Shown: positions 37,832-45,232, numbered from the stretch's first letter. The stretch: DNA of 45,232 nt from Eubacteriales bacterium (GCA_045534435.1 JAZSJS010000165.1:1-45232); one strand, 5' to 3'. Notes: generated from the letters alone by a model not told the origin. Translations and numbers: made by a program.

Positions 37832-39244
37832 ATGAGAAAAACAAAAATCGTATGCACGCTTGGCCCCGCAAGCGAAACAAAAGAAGTGATCGTGGGGCTT
37901 TGCAAAGCAGGCATGAACGTGGCAAGACTCAATTTTTCACACAATACGCACGCAGATCATCAAAGGCGCATCGATCTTGTGAAGGAGGTGCGTGAGGAGC
38001 TGCAGCTTCCCATTGCCATCATGCTGGATACCAAAGGTCCCGAATACCGCATCAAAACCTTTGAGGGTGGAAAGATCCTTCTTTCCGACGGGGACCGATT
38101 CACGTTTACCACCGATGATGTTGTTGGCAACCGAGAGCGCGTATCGGTCAGCTATTCCAAGCTTCCCAACGAGCTTTCCGTGGGAGATACCATTCTGCTC
38201 AACAACGGTCTCCTGACCTTCCTGGTTGAGCGCATTGAGGGGACGGATATTGAGTGCAAGGTCATCTGTGGCGGTGAGCTTTCCGATCGCAAGAGCATGA
38301 GCTTCCCCGGGAAGGTGATGAAGCAGCCCTATCTTTCGGAGCAGGACAAGAAGGATATTTTGTTTGGTGTTCAGAATGAGGTTGACTATATTGCCTGCTC
38401 CTTCGTTTCCTGCAAGCAAGATCTGATCGACGTGCGCGATTATATGCATGAGATCGGCGCGGAGGACATTGAATTGATCGCCAAGATCGAAAATCAGTCC
38501 GGTGTGGATAACATCGAGGACATTTGTCAATATTGCGACGGCATCATGGTCGCGCGAGGAGACATGGGAGTGGAGATTCCGTTTGAGCATCTGCCCGCCA
38601 TTCAAAAGAAGCTGATCACCAAATGCCGTATGCTTGGAAAGCGCGTGATCACCGCGACAGAGATGCTTGAATCCATGATCTCGAATTCCCGTCCCACCAG
38701 AGCAGAAATCTCGGATATTGCCAATGCGGTTTACGACGGAACAAGTGCGATCATGCTCTCCGGTGAGACTGCGGCAGGGAAGTACCCCGTGCAAGCGGTG
38801 GAAACCATGGCAAAAATCGCAAAAACCACCGAGGAAACCGTCAACTATAAGAAGCGCTTTTATACCGCGGATTTCCAGATTCGTAACATGACCGACGCGA
38901 TCTCTCACTCCACCTGCGGTATGGCGATCGATATTGATGCAAAGGCGATCGTTGCCTGCTCACTTTCGGGAATGACCGCAAGAATGGTGTCGCGTTTCCG
39001 TTCTCCCGTTCCGATCATCGGCTTGACTACGAACGAAAGCACCTGGAGAAAGCTGGCGCTGTCCTGGGGTGTGATTCCCGCCATGTGCGAAAAATTCACC
39101 TCAACCGACGTGCTTTTCTACACTGCAAACAAGATTGCCTCCAAGGAGCTCGGACTGAGCAAAAAGGATCGCATCGTCATCACCGGTGGAGATACCACGG
39201 GACATTCGGGCAATACGAACCTGATCAAGATCGACGAAATATAA
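37832..39244 (+). CDS. pyk: Pyruvate kinase
   Basis: RKTKIVCTLGPAS, RLNFSH, DTKGPE, AKIEN, MVARGDMGVE, PTRAE, MLSGETA. Confidence 0.98.
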   Translation: MRKTKIVCTLGPASETKEVIVGLCKAGMNVARLNFSHNTHADHQRRIDLVKEVREELQLPIAIMLDTKGPEYRIKTFEGGKILLSDGDRFTFTTDDVVGNRERVSVSYSKLPNELSVGDTILLNNGLLTFLVERIEGTDIECKVICGGELSDRKSMSFPGKVMKQPYLSEQDKKDILFGVQNEVDYIACSFVSCKQDLIDVRDYMHEIGAEDIELIAKIENQSGVDNIEDICQYCDGIMVARGDMGVEIPFEHLPAIQKKLITKCRMLGKRVITATEMLESMISNSRPTRAEISDIANAVYDGTSAIMLSGETAAGKYPVQAVETMAKIAKTTEETVNYKKRFYTADFQIRNMTDAISHSTCGMAIDIDAKAIVACSLSGMTARMVSRFRSPVPIIGLTTNESTWRKLALSWGVIPAMCEKFTSTDVLFYTANKIASKELGLSKKDRIVITGGDTTGHSGNTNLIKIDEI

Positions 39245-39251
39245 CGAAAAA

Positions 39252-39287
39252 TCAAATCCCCTCGCTTGACCCGGCGAGGGGATTTGA
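39252..39287 (+). terminator. 14-bp stem-loop after pyk (weak U tail)
   Basis: TCAAATCCCCTCGC / GCGAGGGGATTTGA. Confidence 0.6.
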
Positions 39288-39306
39288 AATGCGAGGGGAG
39301 GATAAC

Positions 39307-39636
39307 ATGCTTTTTCTTTGTATCGAGGATTTTTACCAAACAGCAAAACAAGCAACACCTCTGACGCGCGAGGAAGAGAAGACGTGCGCGAAAAAAATGA
39401 TGCAAGGGGATTCCGAGGCAAGAGATCGGATCATCAATGCCTATCTTCCACTGGTTGCATCTCGCATCAGAAGAGGGCTGAAAGAGCTTCAAAGTCTGAA
39501 TTCCGTTTATCACTGTCTCCACACCTTGGAAACAGAGGTCGATCGGTTTCCTTTTTTGCAAGATCATTACCGATTTACCGATTATCTAAGCAGCATGCTC
39601 AGACAAACGCTCACACGTTGTTTGGCCTCCAAGTGA
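39307..39636 (+). CDS. Small (109 aa) protein consisting only of a degenerate sigma-70 region 1.2-2.4
   Basis: PLTREEE..CAKKM..GD.EARDRIINAYLPLV and F..Y....LRQTLTR align by eye to sigma-A regions 1.2/2.1 and 2.3/2.4; strong SD GAGGGGAGGA. Confidence 0.7.
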   Translation: MLFLCIEDFYQTAKQATPLTREEEKTCAKKMMQGDSEARDRIINAYLPLVASRIRRGLKELQSLNSVYHCLHTLETEVDRFPFLQDHYRFTDYLSSMLRQTLTRCLASK

Positions 39637-39663
39637 TCAAAATCGAAGCAAAAAGCAGGAAAA

Positions 39664-39689
39664 CCCTTGCTAGTGATAGGCGCGAGGGC
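39664..39689 (+). repeat. Hairpin repeat copy 1 (22/26 identical to 40648-40673)
   Basis: CCCTTGCTAGTGATAGGCGCGAGGGC. Confidence 0.75.
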
Positions 39690-39704
39690 GTTTGATCTAA
39701 ATGC

Positions 39705-39733
39705 TTGAAATATCCATAAAAATATGATATAAT
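39705..39733 (+). promoter_or_regulatory. Sigma-A promoter, member of the repeated promoter family
   Basis: TTGAAA-tatccataaaaatatga-TATAAT. Confidence 0.8.
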
Positions 39734-39846
39734 AAGAAAACGCAACCCAAAGGTTACATAAAGAAACGCCTAATTGGTGGTATGTTTTCTCCTTGTGTGC
39801 TACAATAAAGGCAACGCAGCGTTAGAAAACATAAGGAGGAAATATT

Positions 39847-40641
39847 ATGACACTTGGCGAAAAGCTATCAAAACTCAGAAAAGAATACAACTATACCCAA
39901 GAACAGCTTGCCGATATTCTCGGCGTATCCCGTCAATCAATCAGTAAATGGGAATCGGATATAGCCTTTCCGGAAACCGATAAGTTGATCAAATTGGGAA
40001 ACCTGTTTGAATGCTCGATGGATTATCTTCTCAGAGAAGAGATCACGGAAAAGGAAGAGATGCCGTCAACTGAAAAAGAAAGCATTTGGAATTTATTCAA
40101 AATACAATTCCGCGAACACAAAAGCGAAAAAATGATCTTCGGTATGCCGCTTTACCATATCGGCAAAAATGCCCACGGATTTTTCGCGATAGGATTGAAG
40201 GCACGTGGAATATTTTCCATCGGTCTTATGTCACGAGGGATCATATCCCTTGGTATGCTTTCACTTGGAGTAATATCTATTGGACTTTTGTCACTTGGCT
40301 TGATTTCCGCAGGTGTGTTCTCAGCCGGACTGCTTGCTGTTGGTTCTATTGCTCTCGGATTATTTGCAGCAGGAGCTATCAGTGTTGGACTTATATCTTT
40401 TGGCGCACTATCTGTCGGTTGCTTCTCAACGGGAGCTCTTGCTGTCGGTAAATATGCCGCCGTTGGCGATCACGCCTACGGTATGATTGCCATAGGCAAA
40501 TCGGTGGCAGAAGGAAGCGTTTACAGTCATATCGGGGATCTAACTACGGCAGATATACCAACCGTTGTAGAATGGCTCGATGCAAATGTTCCGGCTTGGC
40601 TCGGGTGGGCAAAAGGCATCTTCAAATTCTTTATACAGTAA
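39847..40641 (+). CDS. XRE-family HTH regulator fused to a hydrophobic Gly-periodic repeat domain
   Basis: LRKEYNYTQEQLADILGVSRQSISKWE HTH; C-terminal xxxxG repeats; SD AAGGAGG. Confidence 0.9.
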   Translation: MTLGEKLSKLRKEYNYTQEQLADILGVSRQSISKWESDIAFPETDKLIKLGNLFECSMDYLLREEITEKEEMPSTEKESIWNLFKIQFREHKSEKMIFGMPLYHIGKNAHGFFAIGLKARGIFSIGLMSRGIISLGMLSLGVISIGLLSLGLISAGVFSAGLLAVGSIALGLFAAGAISVGLISFGALSVGCFSTGALAVGKYAAVGDHAYGMIAIGKSVAEGSVYSHIGDLTTADIPTVVEWLDANVPAWLGWAKGIFKFFIQ

Positions 40642-40647
40642 AAGTAG

Positions 40648-40680
40648 CCCTCGTTCGTGATAGGAGCGAGGGCTTTCCTT
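40648..40680 (+). terminator. Terminator / hairpin repeat copy 2
   Basis: CCCTCGTTC-gtgatag-GAGCGAGGG followed by CTTTCCTT. Confidence 0.7.
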
Positions 40681-40785
40681 TGCTTTGATCACCTAGTGAT
40701 CCAACAATGTACGAGCGGTTGAGCATGATGCTTGAATAATCGATATGTTATAACGCAAGAGAAGTGAGCAAAGCGATCAGCTCTT

Positions 40786-40853
40786 AAAAATTGTGTCGAA
40801 AAAACCAAAGAATAAGCAAATCGGTTGAAATGTTCATAAAAATATAGTATAAT
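40786..40853 (+). repeat. 68-bp promoter-containing repeat, copy A
   Basis: 58/68 ungapped identity with 44793-44860; ends in TTGAAA-17 bp-TATAAT. Confidence 0.9.
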
Positions 40854-40889
40854 ATTTTAATAACAAGTGACAATTTAACGGAGATATAT

Positions 40890-41666
40890 ATGGGAGATGT
40901 TCTAATAAAAATAATGGTGTGCTTTATCGCAGGCGCAGGCGCGGGTATCGGAACAGGCTTTGCCGGTATGAGCGCCGCCGCGGTAATAGGCCCTATGCTG
41001 ACAACCTTTTTGGGGATTCCTGCCTATGATGCGGTTGGTATAGGACTGATCAGCGACGTTTTGGCAAGCCTTGTCAGCGCATATACCTATAAGAAAAGCG
41101 GAAATCTGGACGTAAAAAACAGTTTGCCGTTGCTTGTCAGCGTGCTTATCGTAACGATGATCGGTAGCTTTGTGGCAAGCTTTCTGCCCGAGCAGACTAT
41201 GAGTGGTACGATGCAGATCGCACTGATTATCATCGGATTGCGGTTCCTTTTGAAGCCCGTCAACAAAACAAGAGAGCAATTGGAAGAAGGCTCTCCAAAA
41301 AGCAGACTGATCAAGGCCATCGTCGGCGGCGTGTTCGTTGGCTTTATTTGCGGCTTTGTGGGGGCGGGCGGTGGAATGATGCTGTTGCTCGTTCTGACAT
41401 CCTTCCTCGGTTATCCTATGCATTTGGCAGTAGGCACAAGCGTGTTCATTATGGCCTTTACGGCGCTGACCGGCGGTATCAGCCATTTCATGATCGGAGG
41501 ACTACCCGACATTCTTTGCCTCGTGCTGTGCGTGGTATTTACTCTGCTTTGGGCAAGAATTGCCGCAAAGATCGCCAACAAGTCTGAGGCAAATACCTTA
41601 AACCGTGTGGTCGGTATTGTGATGATCGCCACGAGTATCGTGATTTTGGCGGTGAATTATCTTTAA
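40890..41666 (+). CDS. TauE/SafE (TSUP) family membrane transporter
   Basis: About 8 TM helices, GFICGFVGAGGG, AVGTS; internal two-fold repeat. Confidence 0.88.
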   Translation: MGDVLIKIMVCFIAGAGAGIGTGFAGMSAAAVIGPMLTTFLGIPAYDAVGIGLISDVLASLVSAYTYKKSGNLDVKNSLPLLVSVLIVTMIGSFVASFLPEQTMSGTMQIALIIIGLRFLLKPVNKTREQLEEGSPKSRLIKAIVGGVFVGFICGFVGAGGGMMLLLVLTSFLGYPMHLAVGTSVFIMAFTALTGGISHFMIGGLPDILCLVLCVVFTLLWARIAAKIANKSEANTLNRVVGIVMIATSIVILAVNYL

Positions 41667-41776
41667 TACGATAAGTGTTGGGATAAAATGAATAAGAAAC
41701 GCGGGTGCGTGAAAAAATGACAAAGTCCAATTTTTCAATCAGATCGCAATGGCAGTGTTATTGTGCAAAATAAGTG

Positions 41777-41805
41777 TTGACATAAATGAAAAAATATGAT
41801 ATAAT
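41777..41805 (+). promoter_or_regulatory. Sigma-A promoter of ktrBA
   Basis: Perfect TTGACA-17 bp-TATAAT with extended TG. Confidence 0.85.
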
Positions 41806-41885
41806 TACAAAAATGAATAATTACAAAAGGAACCAGCTGGCTGCAGAGAACGTTGGTTCCTCTATGCTTTTTAGAGGAAAATTTT

Positions 41886-43247
41886 ATGGATAGGAAAAAG
41901 AAATTTACACTCTCAACCACTCAGATTATATTGCTCAGCTTTCTCTTGACCATTCTTGTGGGAAGCGTGCTTTTGGCATTACCGATAAGCTCAGCCACAG
42001 GCGAGGCCGTGCCGTATCTTGATGCTCTCTTTACAGCAACAACATCCACCTGCGTGACAGGACTTGTTACGCTTCCCACGGTGTCCGCGTGGAGCGTGTT
42101 CGGGCAGATCGTCATATTGCTTTTGATACAGATCGGTGGTCTTGGTATTATTACGATTATGTCGGGGCTGATGCTTCTCTTGAACAAAAAAATGGGTATC
42201 GGAGACCGATTGCTGATTCAGGATGCCTTCAATCTTAACACAATGTCGGGACTGGCGAAATTCGTTAAGAACGTACTGTTCGGCACGCTGCTCATCGAAG
42301 GGATAGGGGCGGTTCTGTATATGCTCGTGTTCGTTCCCGAATTCGGTGCAAAAGGCATCTGGATATCGGTCTTCAATTCAGTTTCCGCTTTCTGTAATGC
42401 AGGCATTGACATAATAGCGGAAAACAGCCTTTGCAATTACGCCACCAATCCCTTGATCAATGTTGTCACTTCCGCGCTCATCGTTCTCGGTGGTCTTGGT
42501 TATATCGTATGGTGGGACGTGCTTCGTGTTCTTAAGAGCCGTTCGCAAAAGAATCGCAAGGTATTCAGGCACCTGACTTTGCACTCAAAGATTGCAATTT
42601 CCGTTACTTTTGGACTCATTCTTTTCGGTGCGATTCTCATCTTTATTTTCGAATACGCAAACCCCTTGACCATCGAAGGAATGTCCTTGTTCGATAAAAT
42701 TCAAGTATCCTTTTTCCAATCGGTCACCACAAGAACCGCAGGCTTTGCCTCTGTTCCGCAAGAGAATCTGACGAACGCCTCTGTTGCCGTCTCGATTATC
42801 TTGATGATGATCGGGGGTTCCCCCGTGGGAACGGCAGGAGGGATGAAAACCGTAACCATTGCCGTCCTTGTTTGCTCGGCGTTTGCTACCATCAGAAACA
42901 AGAATAGCGCAACCTTGTTCGGTCGCAGAATTTCCGAAGGATCGCTGAAAAAGGCTGTTGCAGTGGCGGTAGCATTCCTTATCATATGCTCCGCATCAAC
43001 GATACTTTTGATGGCAACGAGCAACGCATCCGCTCTTGATGCGGTCTATGAAACGGTCAGCGCAACGGCAACCGTCGGACTTTCAAGAAATCTGACGGCA
43101 ACACTGAACACATTCGGCAAGTTAATCATCATCGTAACAATGTATTTTGGCAGAGTCGGTCCCATTTCGCTTGCGGTAGCGCTTGGCAGTAAAAACGAAA
43201 GTCAAAATGTCATTTCTGAGCCGACGGAAGATATCAGTATAGGATAA
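41886..43247 (+). CDS. ktrB: Ktr/Trk potassium uptake membrane subunit (KtrB/TrkH family)
   Basis: Four pore loops STCVTGL, SAFCNAG, TTRTAGF, SATATVGLS; IGGSPVGTAGGMK; MYFGRVGP. Confidence 0.93.
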   Translation: MDRKKKFTLSTTQIILLSFLLTILVGSVLLALPISSATGEAVPYLDALFTATTSTCVTGLVTLPTVSAWSVFGQIVILLLIQIGGLGIITIMSGLMLLLNKKMGIGDRLLIQDAFNLNTMSGLAKFVKNVLFGTLLIEGIGAVLYMLVFVPEFGAKGIWISVFNSVSAFCNAGIDIIAENSLCNYATNPLINVVTSALIVLGGLGYIVWWDVLRVLKSRSQKNRKVFRHLTLHSKIAISVTFGLILFGAILIFIFEYANPLTIEGMSLFDKIQVSFFQSVTTRTAGFASVPQENLTNASVAVSIILMMIGGSPVGTAGGMKTVTIAVLVCSAFATIRNKNSATLFGRRISEGSLKKAVAVAVAFLIICSASTILLMATSNASALDAVYETVSATATVGLSRNLTATLNTFGKLIIIVTMYFGRVGPISLAVALGSKNESQNVISEPTEDISIG

Positions 43248-43258
43248 GGAGAAAAACA

Positions 43259-43918
43259 ATGAAAACAAAGAAAACAAAGAAAACATACGCAGTCTTTGGA
43301 CTTGGAAGATACGGTACAGCAGTGGCAAGAGAGCTTGTAGAGAACGGCATGGAGGTTATCACCGTCGATACCGAGGAAAAAATTGTCAATGATGCAGCGG
43401 CATATCTTCCCGTGTGCAAGTGTGCCGATGTGACCGATGCGGAGGTCATCACCCGTCTTGGAATCGGTAATATTGACACCGTTATCATTTGTATGGCGAG
43501 CAATCTTGAAGCAAGCGTGATGGCAGTTACACTTTGCAAGGAGGCAGGCGTTAAAACGGTTATCGCAAAATGCGCCAACGAAATGCAGCAAAAAATATTG
43601 CTTCGTGTAGGCGCGGATCAAGTGGTTTTTCCGGAGAAGGAATCGGGTATCCGCCTTGCCAAGAACCTACTCAGCTCCGGTTTTATTGATATGATCTCTC
43701 TATCAAAGGATGTATCTATTGTTGAGATTGACGTGAAGGACGAGTGGTGCGGCAAAAACCTGATCGAATTGAATCTCCGTAAAAAATACGGCTTTAATAT
43801 CGTTGCTATCAAGAAAGGGGAGAAGGTCAACGTGAATATCAATCCCGAGCAAGTGCTCGATGGCCAAACCACGCTGATCGTTATTGCAAATACGTCAAAA
43901 TTGGGAAAACTCAAATAA
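43259..43918 (+). CDS. ktrA: Ktr/Trk RCK regulatory subunit (KtrA/TrkA family)
   Basis: AVFGLGRYG, GADQVVFPEKESG, GKNLIELNLRKKYGFNIVAIK. Confidence 0.93.
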   Translation: MKTKKTKKTYAVFGLGRYGTAVARELVENGMEVITVDTEEKIVNDAAAYLPVCKCADVTDAEVITRLGIGNIDTVIICMASNLEASVMAVTLCKEAGVKTVIAKCANEMQQKILLRVGADQVVFPEKESGIRLAKNLLSSGFIDMISLSKDVSIVEIDVKDEWCGKNLIELNLRKKYGFNIVAIKKGEKVNVNINPEQVLDGQTTLIVIANTSKLGKLK

Positions 43919-43921
43919 CAG

Positions 43922-43960
43922 TTGAGGGCTGACGGTTGATTTCGTCAGCCCTCAAAATTT
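43922..43960 (+). terminator. Stem-loop after ktrA
   Basis: TTGAGGGCTGACG / CGTCAGCCCTCAA. Confidence 0.75.
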
Positions 43961-44068
43961 ACTTCGAAGGGAACAAGGAAAACAAACGGTCACTTTTTAA
44001 AGATATGTGAATAAAAAGGAAATTATCTTGGGAAATACTAATGATGAAAACAAAAATCGGAGGTATCT

Positions 44069-44731
44069 ATGTTCAAACACGAAAAAATGTTATTTCATCC
44101 CGTAGAGGTAGAAAGACCGAACCCACAGTATGCCGTGTTGCTCCAAGAGCAGCTCGGTGGCGGGAACGGTGAGTTGAAGGCGGCAATGCAGTATATGTCT
44201 CAGAGTTTCCGAATCAAAGATCCCGAGATCAAAGATCTTTTCCTTGACATTGCCGCCGAGGAGCTGGGACACATGGAGATGGTTGCACAGACCATCAACC
44301 TGCTCAACGGTCACGACGTGGACGCGACCAAGGTGCAGGCCGGCGAGGTGCAGACCCACGTTCTGCTCGGACTGAATCCCGGGCTTATCAATTCCTCTGG
44401 GTATTCCTGGACTGCGGATTACGTTACCGTTACGGGGGACCTTTGCGCCGATCTGCTCTCCAACATTGCGTCTGAGCAGAGAGCCAAGGTGGTTTACGAA
44501 TATCTCTACCGTCAGATAGAGGACAAGAAGGTGCGGGAAACGATCGATTTTCTTCTCAACCGTGAAGAAGCGCACAATCAGATGTTCCGTGATGCTTTCA
44601 ATAAGGTGCAGGAAACGGGATCAAATCGTGATTTTGGCACGACCAAGGCTGCAAAGATGTATTTTTCTATGTCAAATCCCGGACCGAATACGTTTGCGAC
44701 TGGTGAAACTCACGCGCCTTCTTTCAAGTAA
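44069..44731 (+). CDS. Manganese catalase family protein
   Basis: LQEQLGGGNGELKAAMQY, DIAAEELGHMEM, NIASEQRA, REEAH. Confidence 0.93.
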   Translation: MFKHEKMLFHPVEVERPNPQYAVLLQEQLGGGNGELKAAMQYMSQSFRIKDPEIKDLFLDIAAEELGHMEMVAQTINLLNGHDVDATKVQAGEVQTHVLLGLNPGLINSSGYSWTADYVTVTGDLCADLLSNIASEQRAKVVYEYLYRQIEDKKVRETIDFLLNREEAHNQMFRDAFNKVQETGSNRDFGTTKAAKMYFSMSNPGPNTFATGETHAPSFK

Positions 44732-44749
44732 ATATTCGTAAGTATTCAG

Positions 44750-44785
44750 AAAATCACCGTCAATGCCTTGGCGGTGATTTTTTTT
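44750..44785 (+). terminator. Rho-independent terminator
   Basis: AAAATCACCGTCAA-tgcc-TTGGCGGTGATTTT plus T run. Confidence 0.88.
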
Positions 44786-44792
44786 GAACCCC

Positions 44793-44860
44793 AAAAATTG
44801 AGTCGAAGAAAGTAAAGAAAAGCCAAATTGGTTGAAAAGTTCATAAAAATATGGTATAAT
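44793..44860 (+). repeat. 68-bp promoter-containing repeat, copy B
   Basis: 58/68 identity with 40786-40853; ends in TTGAAA-17 bp-TATAAT. Confidence 0.9.
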
Positions 44861-44894
44861 AAAAAAAGCAAAAATACGAAAGGACGGAGATATT

Positions 44895-45232
44895 ATGTCT
44901 TTACACGCCTTCTACGAACAATACTTTCCGTTCTGGAAAGCACTAAAGGAAGATGATAAAAACTATCTGTGTGAGAATACCGCAGAGGAACACTTTGACA
45001 AGGAACAGCCCGTTCACGACAATATGGGTTGCTCGGGGCTTTTTATCGTGCGCTCGGGCAGGCTTCGTCTCTATATGCTTTCCGAGGACGGCAAGGAGAT
45101 CACACTCTACCGCCTTGTGCCCGGTGATATCTGTATGTTATCCGCTTCATGCGTATTGAACAGTATTACCTTTGACGTATATGTGGATGCTGAAGTTCCG
45201 AGCGATTGCTACCGCATCAGTAGCGCGGCTTT
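44895..45232 (+). CDS. Crp/Fnr-family transcriptional regulator (3' truncated; absent from ORF track)
   Basis: Manual translation MSLHAFYEQYFPFWKAL...GLFIVRSGRLRLYMLSEDGKEITLYRLVPGDICMLSASC, a cNMP-binding-domain pattern; SD GGAG. Confidence 0.88.
   Translation, partial: MSLHAFYEQYFPFWKALKEDDKNYLCENTAEEHFDKEQPVHDNMGCSGLFIVRSGRLRLYMLSEDGKEITLYRLVPGDICMLSASCVLNSITFDVYVDAEVPSDCYRISSAA

Noticed and set aside
44009-44040. Possible forespore sigma-F/G promoter for Mn-catalase (GAATA ... GGAAATACTA)
   Set aside because: Spacer is 17 bp, about 2 bp longer than the sigma-F consensus; not enough support to call.
39664-44860. CRISPR array or classical integron reading of the repeats
   Set aside because: Repeats are kilobases apart and degenerate, with no cas or intI gene; modules carry their own promoters and I found no canonical attC RYYYAAC/GTTRRRY ends.
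44953-45159. 68-aa ORF in the track
   Set aside because: Out-of-frame overlap with the Crp/Fnr gene starting at 44895.

Overview
Chromosomal window from a spore-forming Clostridia-like bacterium (spoIIID, polC, ispH-rpsA fusion and ireB point to this; Oscillospiraceae/Ruminococcaceae-like is inference). Bases 1-39.2 kb are mostly housekeeping: HI0933-cmk-ispH/rpsA; ybaK, an orphan type IIA topoisomerase B subunit and an SGNH hydrolase; a five-gene biotin-dependent Na+-pumping decarboxylase operon; ireB-ribF-DD-carboxypeptidase; spoIIID; rpsB-tsf-pyrH-frr-uppS-cdsA-dxr-rseP-ispG-polC; pyk. From about 39.3 kb the window becomes a same-strand run of unrelated accessory modules: a stand-alone sigma-70 domain-2 protein, an XRE/Gly-repeat protein, TauE, KtrBA, Mn-catalase and Crp/Fnr. 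Several start with homologous promoter-containing DNA (two 68-bp copies are 58/68 identical) and some are bounded by related hairpins, which suggests a cassette-like array. Other notable signals are an internal promoter and RBS inside the ispH-rpsA fusion, a sigma-A promoter firing antisense through spoIIID, a switch-like ktrB leader and a DD-carboxypeptidase lacking the KTG motif. No rRNA, tRNA, CRISPR array, transposase or integrase was seen. All calls come from reading motifs by eye; no database search or folding program was run.
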